Origin: Candidatus Scalinduaceae bacterium
GTDB taxonomy: Bacteria > Planctomycetota > Brocadiia > Brocadiales > Scalinduaceae
Assembly (NCBI GenBank): GCA_046759445.1
Contig: JBHICG010000024.1
Location: 1-46,868, forward strand
Direction of reading: 5' to 3'
DNA: 46,868 nt
Shown here: positions 9,835 through 20,074 of the stretch, piece after piece
How the letters are laid out: every line of letters begins with the position of its first letter
Numbering within the stretch: position 1 is the stretch's first letter
The notes under the pieces: model-generated
Told to the model about the DNA's origin: nothing
The model's input: the letters and a program-made list of their open reading frames with translations, nothing else
The model's database searches: none
Position numbers and translations under genes: made by a program

Positions 9835-11361
9835 CTATCTGAAAAAACCCTTTAATCTATCCCCTAAAAAGCCATCATACTTTAACCTTGTTCTTCCGTC
9901 AATGAAACCAGGAGTTCTATGTTTGTGTCTCTTGTCCACATCATTTTTATGTTCCCACTTTATGTTTGCTAGTAGATTAAATGTAAGACAATTGAGTAGT
10001 CGAGATACATCCGAGGTTGGATCTTGCAGTATCTTACCATTCAACTCTACCTTTATTTTATTACAAGGAGCGTATCCCAATGCTGGCCCTGCAATCCCGT
10101 ACATCTTCTCCACATTTATTCCATCATCATTTAAGATCCTTGCTGTCGAAACAATTCTCTGGACACCTCCACTGTGCCCGCTTAACATAATAGAATCTCC
10201 TGGATTAACATTGTCGTTAATGACCATCTCTGATGCCATGTCATAGGCAAATCCATGAGATATATTTAACAAAGACCAAATTACATCAATAACATTTCCA
10301 TGCCTGTAAGGTATTACCTTTACAAATAAATCGTTTGTTTCCTTTTCAACAGCCTTGTCTTTAGACATAACTTCTACCCGAGAGACATAATCAGACGTAT
10401 GAGTAAGTTTTTTGTTATTGCTAAGAAAATTAACCCATAAAGCCATATTTTGTTCAGAATTATCTCCTCCATGTATACCCCTTGTCACGAACAGCTTCTT
10501 TGCATTATTGCTTTCTTTTTTATACCACTGATCAAGTAATGAACCAATAATGGGCACTTCTCCTAATAAATTCTGGGTTGCCACTAATATTCCCTGTTTA
10601 CCATCTACCCTATACCTGTATGTAAGTGCCGTAACTCCATTTCTCCAGTCTTCAATAGCTGACTTAAACCCCTCAAATTTGTAGAAAGGGATTTTTTTCT
10701 CAATGAATATGTTCTCAAATAATTCTGTTTCAATAAAAGAAATCGGTGACTTAAGAATCTCTCCCGCAAATTGCTTAAGACCTATAATAACATCTACCAG
10801 AAAGATATAAGATAACCTAAAATAATCAACTGGGTTTTCGATTTTATAGCTAAGAAATATCTTTCCTCTCTTTTTACCTGAGTTTCGATGAGAATGATTA
10901 TATTTCACATAATCCCAGCCTATAACATTGTGTGTACTATTACTTGTGTCGGTATAGTCTCCTATATAAAACGTTAATGAGGGATCATCGTGCCCCATCC
11001 TGTCATATACGTACGAAAGTAATATTATGTTCTTCAATCTTCCACCATTGATATCCCTCAATATGACATCATAGAGGTCTTGAGGATTTGATTGTAGTAA
11101 AATACCAGAATCCTTTTTCAGCTTGTCTAATAAAGACAAGTCCAGATTATGTTCATAAACAGGTTTGAGCCATCCAGGTCTGCCGAGTTTCTTTTTAATC
11201 TTTTCCTCAGTTAATTTTTCATTATTATTCTCACACTCGCTTTTTAAATCATTTATAGATAAAAGCAATTGATCAAGCCTGCCTTCACCATATCTAGCCA
11301 GACATCCAGGATGTATGAGAAATAATACAATAATAAAAAGGACTGATTTAGTTTTTATCAT
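9835..11361 (-). CDS. Putative lipoprotein with alpha/beta-hydrolase-like C-terminal domain
   Basis: Hydrophobic leader ending HPGC; GHSGG nucleophile elbow, downstream DP and H. Confidence 0.6.
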   Translation of the reverse strand: MIKTKSVLFIIVLFLIHPGCLARYGEGRLDQLLLSINDLKSECENNNEKLTEEKIKKKLGRPGWLKPVYEHNLDLSLLDKLKKDSGILLQSNPQDLYDVILRDINGGRLKNIILLSYVYDRMGHDDPSLTFYIGDYTDTSNSTHNVIGWDYVKYNHSHRNSGKKRGKIFLSYKIENPVDYFRLSYIFLVDVIIGLKQFAGEILKSPISFIETELFENIFIEKKIPFYKFEGFKSAIEDWRNGVTALTYRYRVDGKQGILVATQNLLGEVPIIGSLLDQWYKKESNNAKKLFVTRGIHGGDNSEQNMALWVNFLSNNKKLTHTSDYVSRVEVMSKDKAVEKETNDLFVKVIPYRHGNVIDVIWSLLNISHGFAYDMASEMVINDNVNPGDSIMLSGHSGGVQRIVSTARILNDDGINVEKMYGIAGPALGYAPCNKIKVELNGKILQDPTSDVSRLLNCLTFNLLANIKWEHKNDVDKRHKHRTPGFIDGRTRLKYDGFLGDRLKGFFR

Positions 11362-11598
11362 TACAATATTAAGAAATTATTAATATATAGTTGACGCTAT
11401 GAATAAGCAGACACTTAATAATGTAAAACACTGATTCTGTTATTAAAGTCCCAGTTTTTCCGGGGATAAACTTCAGCGCTTGCATTGTCATTTCCAACTT
11501 ATAGAAATTATACCCGTTTATGACTTAATTTGAATCTGGAAATTGATACTTGTGTTAGAATAACATAAATATTAGAATCCATAAAAAACCATATAAAA

Positions 11599-11979
11599 AT
11601 GAGAGTATTTTTCATAATATTTGATTACATAGTTGCAATACTTATGGGAGTAGGTACTTTATTTCTTGTTTCCCTAGTCATTGGCAAGGATTGGAATATG
11701 TTCTTTACAATGATCTTGGGGATGATTCTTGGTATGGTGGTACTTGCTGTAACCGTTCTTGTTTTCAGTCCTATATGTAGTCTATTCCAACTTTTCCCTT
11801 CAGGGATGATTATAACGATGTTAACGGGTATGGCAGCAGGAATGATTTTTACCGCTACGGGAATTGACTTTATGGTAATACTTCTAATGATCATAGTCTT
11901 CTCTTTTTCTGTCCAGTTTGGGATCGATCTTTACAATATGAAGCTGAAAGGAGAGTTACCGGTTGACGGGGCAAACTGA
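11599..11979 (+). CDS. Small 4-TM membrane protein
   Basis: Met/Gly-rich hydrophobic helices; overlaps the start of the next gene. Confidence 0.75.
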   Translation: MRVFFIIFDYIVAILMGVGTLFLVSLVIGKDWNMFFTMILGMILGMVVLAVTVLVFSPICSLFQLFPSGMIITMLTGMAAGMIFTATGIDFMVILLMIIVFSFSVQFGIDLYNMKLKGELPVDGAN

Positions 11980-12571
11980 AAAGAAGTGGTGGGGAAAGTG
12001 GGATAAAGCCGCTACGTCATTTGATTTTATGAATAATGGTATTGAACTCCGTTATGGCGAGCATAAACGACAATGGTTTTCCCAGGCTGTGGGTCGAACT
12101 TTATTAGTAGCCGTTGGAACGGGCCTTGATTTACAATATTTTCAAAACGGGAACGATGTTTTAGGAATAGACATAAGTTGGAAAATGTTGGAAAAGGCAA
12201 AAGAAAAATCTAAGAATATCACGTTGAACACTAAGCTGGTCCGTACGGATGTCCAGATGCTTGGTTTCATGGATAACACGTTCGATACGGTAGTTACATC
12301 ATGCACGTTCTGTTCCGTTCCTGATCCGATAAAGGGGTTATGTGAGATTAGAAGGGTCCTGAAGACAGGTGGAAAACTTTTGATGTTTGAGCATGTACGA
12401 AGTGATATTTTTTGGATGGGTCCCATGATGGATATGATGACATATGTATCACGCAAGTTCGGACCAGATTTGAACAGAAGAACTGGAAAAAACATTATCA
12501 AAGCGGGATTCAAACTCCTAAGGGAAATTAATGTATACCTTGATATGGTAAAATTGTTCGAAGCGGTCTAA
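11963..12571 (+). CDS. Class I SAM-dependent methyltransferase
   Basis: LLVAVGTG, GIDIS, FDTVV...FCSVPDP...RRVLKTGGKLLMFEH; TTG start. Confidence 0.92.
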   Translation: MTGQTEKKWWGKWDKAATSFDFMNNGIELRYGEHKRQWFSQAVGRTLLVAVGTGLDLQYFQNGNDVLGIDISWKMLEKAKEKSKNITLNTKLVRTDVQMLGFMDNTFDTVVTSCTFCSVPDPIKGLCEIRRVLKTGGKLLMFEHVRSDIFWMGPMMDMMTYVSRKFGPDLNRRTGKNIIKAGFKLLREINVYLDMVKLFEAV

Positions 12572-12628
12572 CCATCTCCAACTGGCTCAAACCTAATGAA
12601 AAATCTTACATGCCAGGGAGGCTATAAA

Positions 12629-13048
12629 ATGAAAAGTTATCGAAAAGAACTTTGGTTTAATGTGGCTAAAAGGAGGGAGTTCATAAATATTACACCTCAG
12701 GTCAATACGTGCCTCAAGGAAAGCGGCATACAAGAAGGCCTTGTTCTTGTTAACGCCATGCATATCACGGCATCCGTATTTATAAATGATGATGAATCAG
12801 GCCTACACCAGGACTATGAAGAATGGCTGGAAAAACTAGCCCCTCATGAACCAATCTCACAATACCGTCATAACAATACAGGTGAGGATAATGGTGATGC
12901 TCACCTTAAGCGTCAGGTAATGGGACGCGAGGTCGTTGTTGCAATAACTGGGGGTAAATTGGATTTTGGCCCCTGGGAACAGATATTTTATGGAGAATTT
13001 GACGGCAGACGTAGAAAAAGGGTGTTGGTGAAAATTATAGGGGAATAG
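12629..13048 (+). CDS. yjbQ: YjbQ/UPF0047 (secondary thiamine-phosphate synthase) protein
   Basis: [20 protein letters not shown] and [15 protein letters not shown] motifs; GGAGG RBS before ATG 12629. Confidence 0.95.
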   Translation: MKSYRKELWFNVAKRREFINITPQVNTCLKESGIQEGLVLVNAMHITASVFINDDESGLHQDYEEWLEKLAPHEPISQYRHNNTGEDNGDAHLKRQVMGREVVVAITGGKLDFGPWEQIFYGEFDGRRRKRVLVKIIGE

Positions 13049-13124
13049 GAAGTGTTTTTAGCGTGAACTATATCCTCTTGATTTTTTCCAACATATACAC
13101 ATTCATCTTGGATAATGAGACAGA

Positions 13125-13148
13125 TGTAGCGGAAGGCTTTAGCCTTCC
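13125..13148 (+). repeat. GTAG-type REP
   Basis: tGTAGc followed by perfect stem ggaaggct-tt-agccttcc. Confidence 0.7.
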
Positions 13149-13171
13149 ATAATAAGATTCTTAATAAAATT

Positions 13172-13315
13172 GTGGAAAAAGGTAAATGTGGTTACTTTGT
13201 GGCTCATTGTCCGTCATTAAAAAGTTGCTGGTCTCAAAGAAAAACTAAAGAAGAAGCATTAAAAAGTATTCAAGAAGCAATTAAATTTTACTTAGTTTCT
13301 ATTGCAGAAAACTAA
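13172..13315 (+). pseudogene. HicB-family antitoxin remnant
   Basis: Manual translation VEKGKCGYFVAHCPSLKSCWSQRKTKEEALKSIQEAIKFYL matches the HicB N-terminal pattern. No ATG in frame; the 3' end runs into an inverted-repeat element. Confidence 0.75.
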
Positions 13316-13432
13316 AAATACTTAAAAATGTCATTCAACTTGTTTCAGAATCTGTATATATCAAGATGTTAAGAGACCCTGAAACAAGTTCAGGGTGACA
13401 AAACCGTGTTTCTGCAATAGAAACTAAGTAAA
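13287..13432. mobile_element. MITE-like element with 24-bp perfect terminal inverted repeats and internal REP-like hairpin pair
   Basis: tttacttagtttctattgcagaaa / tttctgcaatagaaactaagtaaa; internal tgtcattcaacttgtttcagaatct ... agaccctgaaacaagttcagggtgaca. Confidence 0.75.
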
Positions 13433-13478
13433 TCTTGTTTTCGCTTGAAAGGAAAACTATATCGTGAAGCCTTGAAAA

Positions 13479-14384
13479 ATGAAATCATTCCTAATCTGTC
13501 ATCGTGGCGCTCTTGGTGATTTTATCCTCACCTGGCCCGCCCTTTATTGCTTAAAGAGAGAATTGCCTGATTATCATCTTATGGGTATTGGGCGTTCGGA
13601 ATATATGCGTCTGGCAATTAACATGGGCCTATTGGATTCCTACCTGGATAAGGAATCAACAAGATTGCTTGATTTTTTCTGTGGAAGGTCTATCCCGCTT
13701 GAGATTGGTTCCCCGCATGGCGACCCACACGGCGCCGTCCTCTGGTTAAGAGAAGGTCAAGAGATGGTCAATCTCTTAAAAAAATCTGCTTCATTGCCCG
13801 TTATCCCGATCGATCCTTTTCCAAATAAACAAATGCACTTAGCGCACTATTACTGTTCATCAATAAAATCACATTTCCCCATAACCATTCCACAAAGCCT
13901 TTCTGATTGTTTCCCTCTCAGAGCCACAAAAGGACAATATGCTCTGATCCATCCCGGAAGCGGAAGTTCAAAGAAGAATTATGTTCCACAATTTTATCTG
14001 GATTTGGCTGATGAATTGAGACGGTTTGGCTACCAGAAGGTGGGTTTTGTATTAGGACCGGTTGAACAAGAGAAGATGGCGACTGAGGAGTTTTCTGGAG
14101 AGTGGATAGAGCAGCCAGAGAATGTAGAAGAATTGTCCAAATTATTAACAAACGTATCCCTTTACATTGGAAACGATTCAGGTGTAAGCCATCTTTCTGG
14201 CTACCTGGGGATACCTACCATCGCTCTTTACAAGACCACCGATCCTGAGATTTGGGGCGTCTTGGGCAGGAAGGTCGTTCATATTACGGCCATCAACGAG
14301 AAGTCCGCCTTAGACAGGATACGAGAATGTCTTAAACGTTTTATAATGGATTCTAATATCATGTTGACAGAAAGTGATTTTTGA
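13479..14384 (+). CDS. Glycosyltransferase family 9 (LPS heptosyltransferase-like)
   Basis: GALGDFIL, IHPGSGSSKK and YIGNDSGVSHL motifs. Confidence 0.92.
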   Translation: MKSFLICHRGALGDFILTWPALYCLKRELPDYHLMGIGRSEYMRLAINMGLLDSYLDKESTRLLDFFCGRSIPLEIGSPHGDPHGAVLWLREGQEMVNLLKKSASLPVIPIDPFPNKQMHLAHYYCSSIKSHFPITIPQSLSDCFPLRATKGQYALIHPGSGSSKKNYVPQFYLDLADELRRFGYQKVGFVLGPVEQEKMATEEFSGEWIEQPENVEELSKLLTNVSLYIGNDSGVSHLSGYLGIPTIALYKTTDPEIWGVLGRKVVHITAINEKSALDRIRECLKRFIMDSNIMLTESDF

Positions 14385-14448
14385 AAGTATCCAAGACGAT
14401 TAAACAGTTTGTTAAACGTATGCGTAGTAAGTTTAAGATATAAATTCT

Positions 14449-15900
14449 TTATGGATTACAATTGCCACAAGGTATGCCACCTGATTTACGTGCTTTTTTA
14501 GGCGAACTAAATTCAATTAAACCTTCAGTACCTAGTTCAGGACAATTAGATTTATGATATATGTTAGAGTTATTTGTGGCAAATACGGAAGATGAAACTT
14601 TATTAGAATTGTCTTGTTTTTCATTATTTTCTGTAGTGTATACAGAAGATTGCTTTGTGGATTCTATTCTCCTTGCGTTATAAGTTTTATTAATTCCCGC
14701 AATTTTATATGTGTATGAAGACAGTTCTAATATCTTAAATGTATATGCTTTCGCATGAATGTAAAATCGCAATGTAAGGGTATCTCCATTTATGTTCCAC
14801 TTACCTGCTTTTTTTTCTCCAGCATAAGTATTCAACATAAAAGTACCGTCTCTGAAGTATTCCATCACACCACCATCTTCATATTTCCAACGGCCTAAAA
14901 TTAAATTTGACTTGTCAGAATTGGCACTGGAAGTGGTTTTCTCAAATTGCTTCGTAGAAGTTTGGCCTACTTCAAAGTAATATGCCCAAGCTTGTCTTCC
15001 AGGCGAAGCAGTGAACACAACATCATATTCCCGTAGGGACTTACCAAAGTAGAAAGCATAACGGCCAGGAGAAAGCGGTGTTTCAGGTGTGAGACGAAAC
15101 ATGTCTGGCCTACTAGAAATTGGCTCGACCTTCAATCTCATCAACGTCTTGGGCCGCCAAAGATTGATCTTAATGGTATCATAAGGACTACGACCATATA
15201 CATTTTTGAAAAACTGCTGTTTAGTCCCGAGTATGTTGAATTGTCCTGCCTTAAGCTCACGCATTAATTCCAGCTTTCCTAGCCTAATGGAGGTAACATT
15301 AATACCTTGCTGGTAAAGAATGAAATTCAGTGAAGTTGTCCTCAACTTTACAGGGGGATTACCTTCCATTCCATCCACGGCCATACCACGATCACTGTTG
15401 CCTCCAACGACCAAGCCAAAAGTGGTTACTACAGGTGAAGATGGAAGTTTTTCGGGGCGATCATCAACTACAGCATAGAAGCCGTATGCAGTAGGTATAC
15501 TTTCTTGGATATCTTGGCCACTGTCAGAAGTATCCGGGATCGATGATGTGGCAGTTGGAGGAACAGAAAGTCTTTGAATTTGAGCTACTTCGGTTAAAGG
15601 CAAGTTTATATGCCCTTCTGACATGCTAAATTGAAAATCCCTCTTCTGAAATGTACCCTTCAAGATAGTTTTGTCTCTAAGGGTTAACATATCATCTTTG
15701 AATACAACAATGTCGTTTGTTCTAACATCCACTTCACCATAACGCGTACTGAATCTTATAACAGTGTCTACAATAGTGCCTTTAAAGACGCTGCCGTCCT
15801 TCATTTCAACTTTGACACTATGACCTCTTGCACCTACATTAGATATAAAGCATAATGATAAAAAAGCTGTAAGAAAAAAAATTGAAAAAAATCCAATCAA
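14449..15900 (-). CDS. Exported multidomain protein with C-terminal Ada-like Zn-binding domain
   Basis: Signal peptide; two small beta-rich repeats (KDGSVFKG / RDKTILKG); lipocalin-like GRW...DGTF...GKWNINGDTLTL; C-terminal YHKSNC...PCGNCNP. Confidence 0.75.
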   Translation of the reverse strand: MIGFFSIFFLTAFLSLCFISNVGARGHSVKVEMKDGSVFKGTIVDTVIRFSTRYGEVDVRTNDIVVFKDDMLTLRDKTILKGTFQKRDFQFSMSEGHINLPLTEVAQIQRLSVPPTATSSIPDTSDSGQDIQESIPTAYGFYAVVDDRPEKLPSSPVVTTFGLVVGGNSDRGMAVDGMEGNPPVKLRTTSLNFILYQQGINVTSIRLGKLELMRELKAGQFNILGTKQQFFKNVYGRSPYDTIKINLWRPKTLMRLKVEPISSRPDMFRLTPETPLSPGRYAFYFGKSLREYDVVFTASPGRQAWAYYFEVGQTSTKQFEKTTSSANSDKSNLILGRWKYEDGGVMEYFRDGTFMLNTYAGEKKAGKWNINGDTLTLRFYIHAKAYTFKILELSSYTYKIAGINKTYNARRIESTKQSSVYTTENNEKQDNSNKVSSSVFATNNSNIYHKSNCPELGTEGLIEFSSPKKARKSGGIPCGNCNP

Positions 15901-15991
15901 TTTAATAATGATAACGCTCCTTTCTAGAAGTCTGATACCCCCAGCAATAAGAGTAAGATGTAAATAATGCCGGTTTATTCCGATTTACTGC

Positions 15992-18091
15992 TCATCCCGC
16001 AACCTCTATTTGGTCTTTCGCATCCAGGAAGGGCCTTTCAACGGGTATCTGAGAATGGATAATCTTCATAAGCTGGCCAAAAAGGATAATAATTAATCCA
16101 ATTGGTATCCCTATAATTGTAAGACAGGAGATCCACCCATAGATCTCCGTCAATTTAGCTATGAAGACAAATGCCTTGAACTGTTCCAGGTCTTTAGCCT
16201 CTTTCCATGATCTTTTTATCGCCCATACGGTAAGAATAACCAGCAAGGAAAAGATTGCTAAGAGACGCAGAGAGTATAAACAAATCTCCAGTTGAAATCT
16301 ACGGTTCTCTTTCTGTGATTCGCTAATATCTGCGCTCGTTTCCTGATAGATCATTGTCAATTCTTTATTATATTCTTTTAATTTGCTCAACGATTCTTCA
16401 TGTTCTTTTTTATATTTATCAAGATATTTTTGCTCCAAGAGACCATATATGGGTTCTAATTTACTAACTTTATCTTTCTCCCCTTTAGAATCCCATAGCT
16501 TCCGTAAATAAAAAAAAGTATTTAGATTGGCATTTATTTCCTTTTTGTCAGCTCCCGCCAAGATTATATTGTCTAATTCATGAAGGACTTCCATTTCATA
16601 GGCCATTTCTGCATCTTTAATACGTTGTAATTTTTGGTAAAGCATCCCTAAATAGACCGTCAATGAAACCCCATCAGGTGTAGGAAGGTCTTTACTCATT
16701 CCTAATTGTTCTGAAGGAAAAACTTTTATCTTTGAGGCATACCCTATTCCATGTTTCTCAATTATCCTTTCCAAAGGAGGGAATGCCTTATTATATAAAT
16801 TATTCTGAACGGCGAATTGGGCAATATCCAGCAATGCCGAAGCATCTTCCGAAGATGTAGCCTTTTCCAACACCGCAATCGCATCACCCATTCTTCCATT
16901 ATCCAGAGAATATTTTGCTATCTGCAAGAATTGAGTATGTTTCCTTGACAATTCAGTGGCTCTATGAATGACACTCGAAGCTAATTCTTCAAAGTTATTT
17001 TTCAGGGCAAAAGTGCAAATTTGGAGTAGTTCTGTTGGGTTTTTAGCCTGATTTCTGGCCGCTTGGAGCACCTTTAGTGAGAGGCCCGTCCATTGCTTTT
17101 TATAGAGAAACTGCGCTATTTGAATAAAGTTATCGCTGTTTTTCATAAAAGGCATGGCCTTTTCTATTGCTTGTTCTGTGTGATCAGCATCATCTTGATC
17201 AACAAAGAACTTGACCAGGCTCAAAAGTAAATCCAGGTAAGCTGGATTATAGCTATATCTTCTAAAGTCGTAATTCAAAACGGATTTAAAATGTGAGATA
17301 GCCTTAGTAAAGTCTCCCTTCTCTAGATAAAGACATCCTAACGTATAGGCATATTCGGGTCCACGTGTTTCTACCTCCTCCCAGAGGTGAAGATAAGGTT
17401 TTGAAATATTGATCCTCTTAATATTGATTTTATTCCTTTCCTTTCTTTTCCCCTCCTCTAGTTTAAAGATTGCCCTTTTAACATCATCCATTTTCATCAG
17501 GATATTAACCTTATCGAGCTTATATTCTATATGGTTAGGCCCCTTCATTGGTTCTTTAGATTGAGGAATGCCCTGGCCAAAGACAGGGAGGCTAAATAGA
17601 ATAAGAATGGCGGCTAAAGACGCAATTATCAACCATCTTCTCTCTTGGAAAAACTCTTTTTTCCAAAAGAGAAGAAAAAGCAATATATTTATCAGTATAA
17701 TGGGAAATAATATATTGAGCAGATACTCACTGAATAACCATTGAGAGAGTAAACCTAAAAAAGAGAAAAAATAAGTAAAGAAACCTGCGAGCCCGATCCT
17801 TTTTATGACAAAAAGGGCTGTTTTCATACCGATTAATCTTTCCTGAAGGGAGGCCCTACGTTCTTCCTCAACTTTAATCTTTGAAGTAAGATCGGTCTCC
17901 TCTTGTATGAGTTGTTGCTTTTCTTGATTAAATTCAGCTTCTATCTGCCCCTTTTTTTCTAGAAAAGTTTTTTGGTACGCCTGCTTTTGCTCCAATCCTT
18001 TTTCCTGTTCCTTTCGCTCCCCAAAAGACAATTCAGTCGAAAAGACGCACCAAACAATTAGCAATAAAGGTATCATCGCCCATTTTTTCAT
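15992..18091 (-). CDS. Polytopic membrane protein with coiled coils and TPR/alpha-solenoid domain
   Basis: N-terminal leader, coiled coil, several TM helices, TPR (YAYTLGCLYLEKGDFTKAISHFKSVL), C-terminal coiled coil and 2 TM. Probable start MKKWAM at 18091 (ORF track starts at 18130). Confidence 0.8.
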   Translation of the reverse strand: MKKWAMIPLLLIVWCVFSTELSFGERKEQEKGLEQKQAYQKTFLEKKGQIEAEFNQEKQQLIQEETDLTSKIKVEEERRASLQERLIGMKTALFVIKRIGLAGFFTYFFSFLGLLSQWLFSEYLLNILFPIILINILLFLLFWKKEFFQERRWLIIASLAAILILFSLPVFGQGIPQSKEPMKGPNHIEYKLDKVNILMKMDDVKRAIFKLEEGKRKERNKINIKRINISKPYLHLWEEVETRGPEYAYTLGCLYLEKGDFTKAISHFKSVLNYDFRRYSYNPAYLDLLLSLVKFFVDQDDADHTEQAIEKAMPFMKNSDNFIQIAQFLYKKQWTGLSLKVLQAARNQAKNPTELLQICTFALKNNFEELASSVIHRATELSRKHTQFLQIAKYSLDNGRMGDAIAVLEKATSSEDASALLDIAQFAVQNNLYNKAFPPLERIIEKHGIGYASKIKVFPSEQLGMSKDLPTPDGVSLTVYLGMLYQKLQRIKDAEMAYEMEVLHELDNIILAGADKKEINANLNTFFYLRKLWDSKGEKDKVSKLEPIYGLLEQKYLDKYKKEHEESLSKLKEYNKELTMIYQETSADISESQKENRRFQLEICLYSLRLLAIFSLLVILTVWAIKRSWKEAKDLEQFKAFVFIAKLTEIYGWISCLTIIGIPIGLIIILFGQLMKIIHSQIPVERPFLDAKDQIEVAG

Positions 18092-18152
18092 CTTTAACCC
18101 CCATAAGAAATTAGTAATAAAGATATCCACACCCCTCTTTGCTAACCTTAGA

Positions 18153-20030
18153 TTACTCTTCTTTTACATATTCTTCATAGATATACCCGTCCCCTTTGGA
18201 GGCTTTAACCTTTACCCAACTTCCGGTGACCTCTAATTTTTGCATCCGAGTTCCCACTTTAACTTCTTCCATTACTTCGGAAAGGGGGGTAGGGGATAAT
18301 CTAATCTCTACAAAATCTTTTTTACTTCCTCCTTGCCAACTCTGGACAATAATCCATACGGAATTTCCCTTATGCTTTTCTACTTCCTTGCCATCTTCAA
18401 CATAAACCGTATCTATCCGGCCCTCTTTTTCTTTCGGATATTCTTTAACTACATCTTCATACGCTTCAATCGTATCCGCGTCTTTTGCCTCTTTAGAAGC
18501 CAGCTCCTCAATTCTGCTTTTCGCCAACTGAGAAAAATCCCCATTTGGGTACGTTATTAGAAATTTTTCTAATGATTCAATGGTATCTTCGCCTAATGCA
18601 ACATTAAAATCCAAAACTTCAAGACTATCTACGGATTCTTGGTTATATTTACTTTGAGGATATTTTCTTTTAAAATCTCGATATGCCTCTTTTGTGTTTG
18701 TTTTGACAACAAGAATGAAGGATAACTCCTCTATCCTGTTTTTTATGAGTCCTATACGTTCTTCATTTTTTTCGTTTCTTAAATTTTCAGTCAGTAATTC
18801 AATCTCCTGGGTATTTAATAAGACGCTGAATTCCTTTTCATCAATCCCTCTTATTGCGTCTGCAACATATTTACCATCCGGATATTCATCCAGATATTTT
18901 TTATAAGAATCTACAGTATCTTTAGATTTGGTTTGATTGTATTTTATGCCTTCAATTATTTGTTTTGCTTCTGATACAAACTTGCCGTCAGGATAATTTA
19001 TTATATATCTTTCTAAAGATACAGTGTTGTTGTCATATTTTGCCTGAGCAAATATTAATTCCTCAATCCTGTTTTTAGCTTTCTCTATAAATGTACTTTC
19101 AGGATTATTATCCATCCAGCGCTTCAATCTATCAATGTTATTAAAAAAACTCTCATCCCTGAATGTTAATTCATCCATCTTCAACCTTACCTCTTCTGCA
19201 TATTTGCCATTCGGATTATTTCTCAAATACATTGAGTAGTTGTTAACCGTACCTTCTTCATTTGTTAAACCGTAATGTATGTCATCGGCCCTATCTTTGG
19301 CATCTTGAGCAAAACGGGAATCAGGATACTGGTCTACAAATCTTTGATATAGAGCTGCCTTTCCAGTGAGGCTGGTTTCTATGGCATTTTTCTCTTTTTG
19401 TATAATCTTCAGTACATTCTTTCCATTAACCCATCCTTGACCAGTGTTCGGTACATTGATTTGATACCAATTGCCACTAAAATCTAATAGTCTAAATTCC
19501 GTGGCAAAACTGGTTGTTTTGTGTATGCTATAGGAAAACATTTTTGGCTCTTTCAGAATCTTTTGATATGGTTTCACCATTATGTAAACAGGAACTTTTG
19601 GTTTTTCTATTGATTCAAATTTCTTTCCAATAGTCCTGTCTATACTCGTTCTTGCGTTTGTAATTAACGAATTAAGCTCTTTTAATTCTTCGTCGGTACC
19701 CAAAGGCTTTACGCCACTAGACAGACTAATAACGTTTTCGTATAGGGAAATGGCCTTATCATAATCGTGCAAAACTTCTTCAAAGATAAGTCCCAATTGA
19801 TAATAAGCCTCAAGATTTTCCGGTTTTCTTTTGATTGATTTGGTAAATGCTGTAATTGCTGAAGGATAATCACCATCTGTCTTCAACTGTTTACCGCTTT
19901 TTATTGAAGAGTTACTGAGAAATTTTTTCAAGAAATCCTGTGCATTGACATGACTTTGGGAAAGGCAAATTAATAGGAAGGATAATAGGAAAGATAATAT
20001 AAACGAAGTGTTTAAGTGTGCTTTCATCAT
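18153..20030 (-). CDS. Exported TPR + SH3b + tandem helical-repeat protein
   Basis: Signal peptide; N-terminal TPRs; SH3-like NWYQI...GWV and SWVKV...GYIY; about 8 repeats of Y..Y...YP.G.F...A..RI.EL. Confidence 0.85.
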   Translation of the reverse strand: MMKAHLNTSFILSFLLSFLLICLSQSHVNAQDFLKKFLSNSSIKSGKQLKTDGDYPSAITAFTKSIKRKPENLEAYYQLGLIFEEVLHDYDKAISLYENVISLSSGVKPLGTDEELKELNSLITNARTSIDRTIGKKFESIEKPKVPVYIMVKPYQKILKEPKMFSYSIHKTTSFATEFRLLDFSGNWYQINVPNTGQGWVNGKNVLKIIQKEKNAIETSLTGKAALYQRFVDQYPDSRFAQDAKDRADDIHYGLTNEEGTVNNYSMYLRNNPNGKYAEEVRLKMDELTFRDESFFNNIDRLKRWMDNNPESTFIEKAKNRIEELIFAQAKYDNNTVSLERYIINYPDGKFVSEAKQIIEGIKYNQTKSKDTVDSYKKYLDEYPDGKYVADAIRGIDEKEFSVLLNTQEIELLTENLRNEKNEERIGLIKNRIEELSFILVVKTNTKEAYRDFKRKYPQSKYNQESVDSLEVLDFNVALGEDTIESLEKFLITYPNGDFSQLAKSRIEELASKEAKDADTIEAYEDVVKEYPKEKEGRIDTVYVEDGKEVEKHKGNSVWIIVQSWQGGSKKDFVEIRLSPTPLSEVMEEVKVGTRMQKLEVTGSWVKVKASKGDGYIYEEYVKEE

Positions 20031-20074
20031 AATATCCTCTTTTTGTTTTTTTCTTTAAGTGTGTCGTGGTAATC

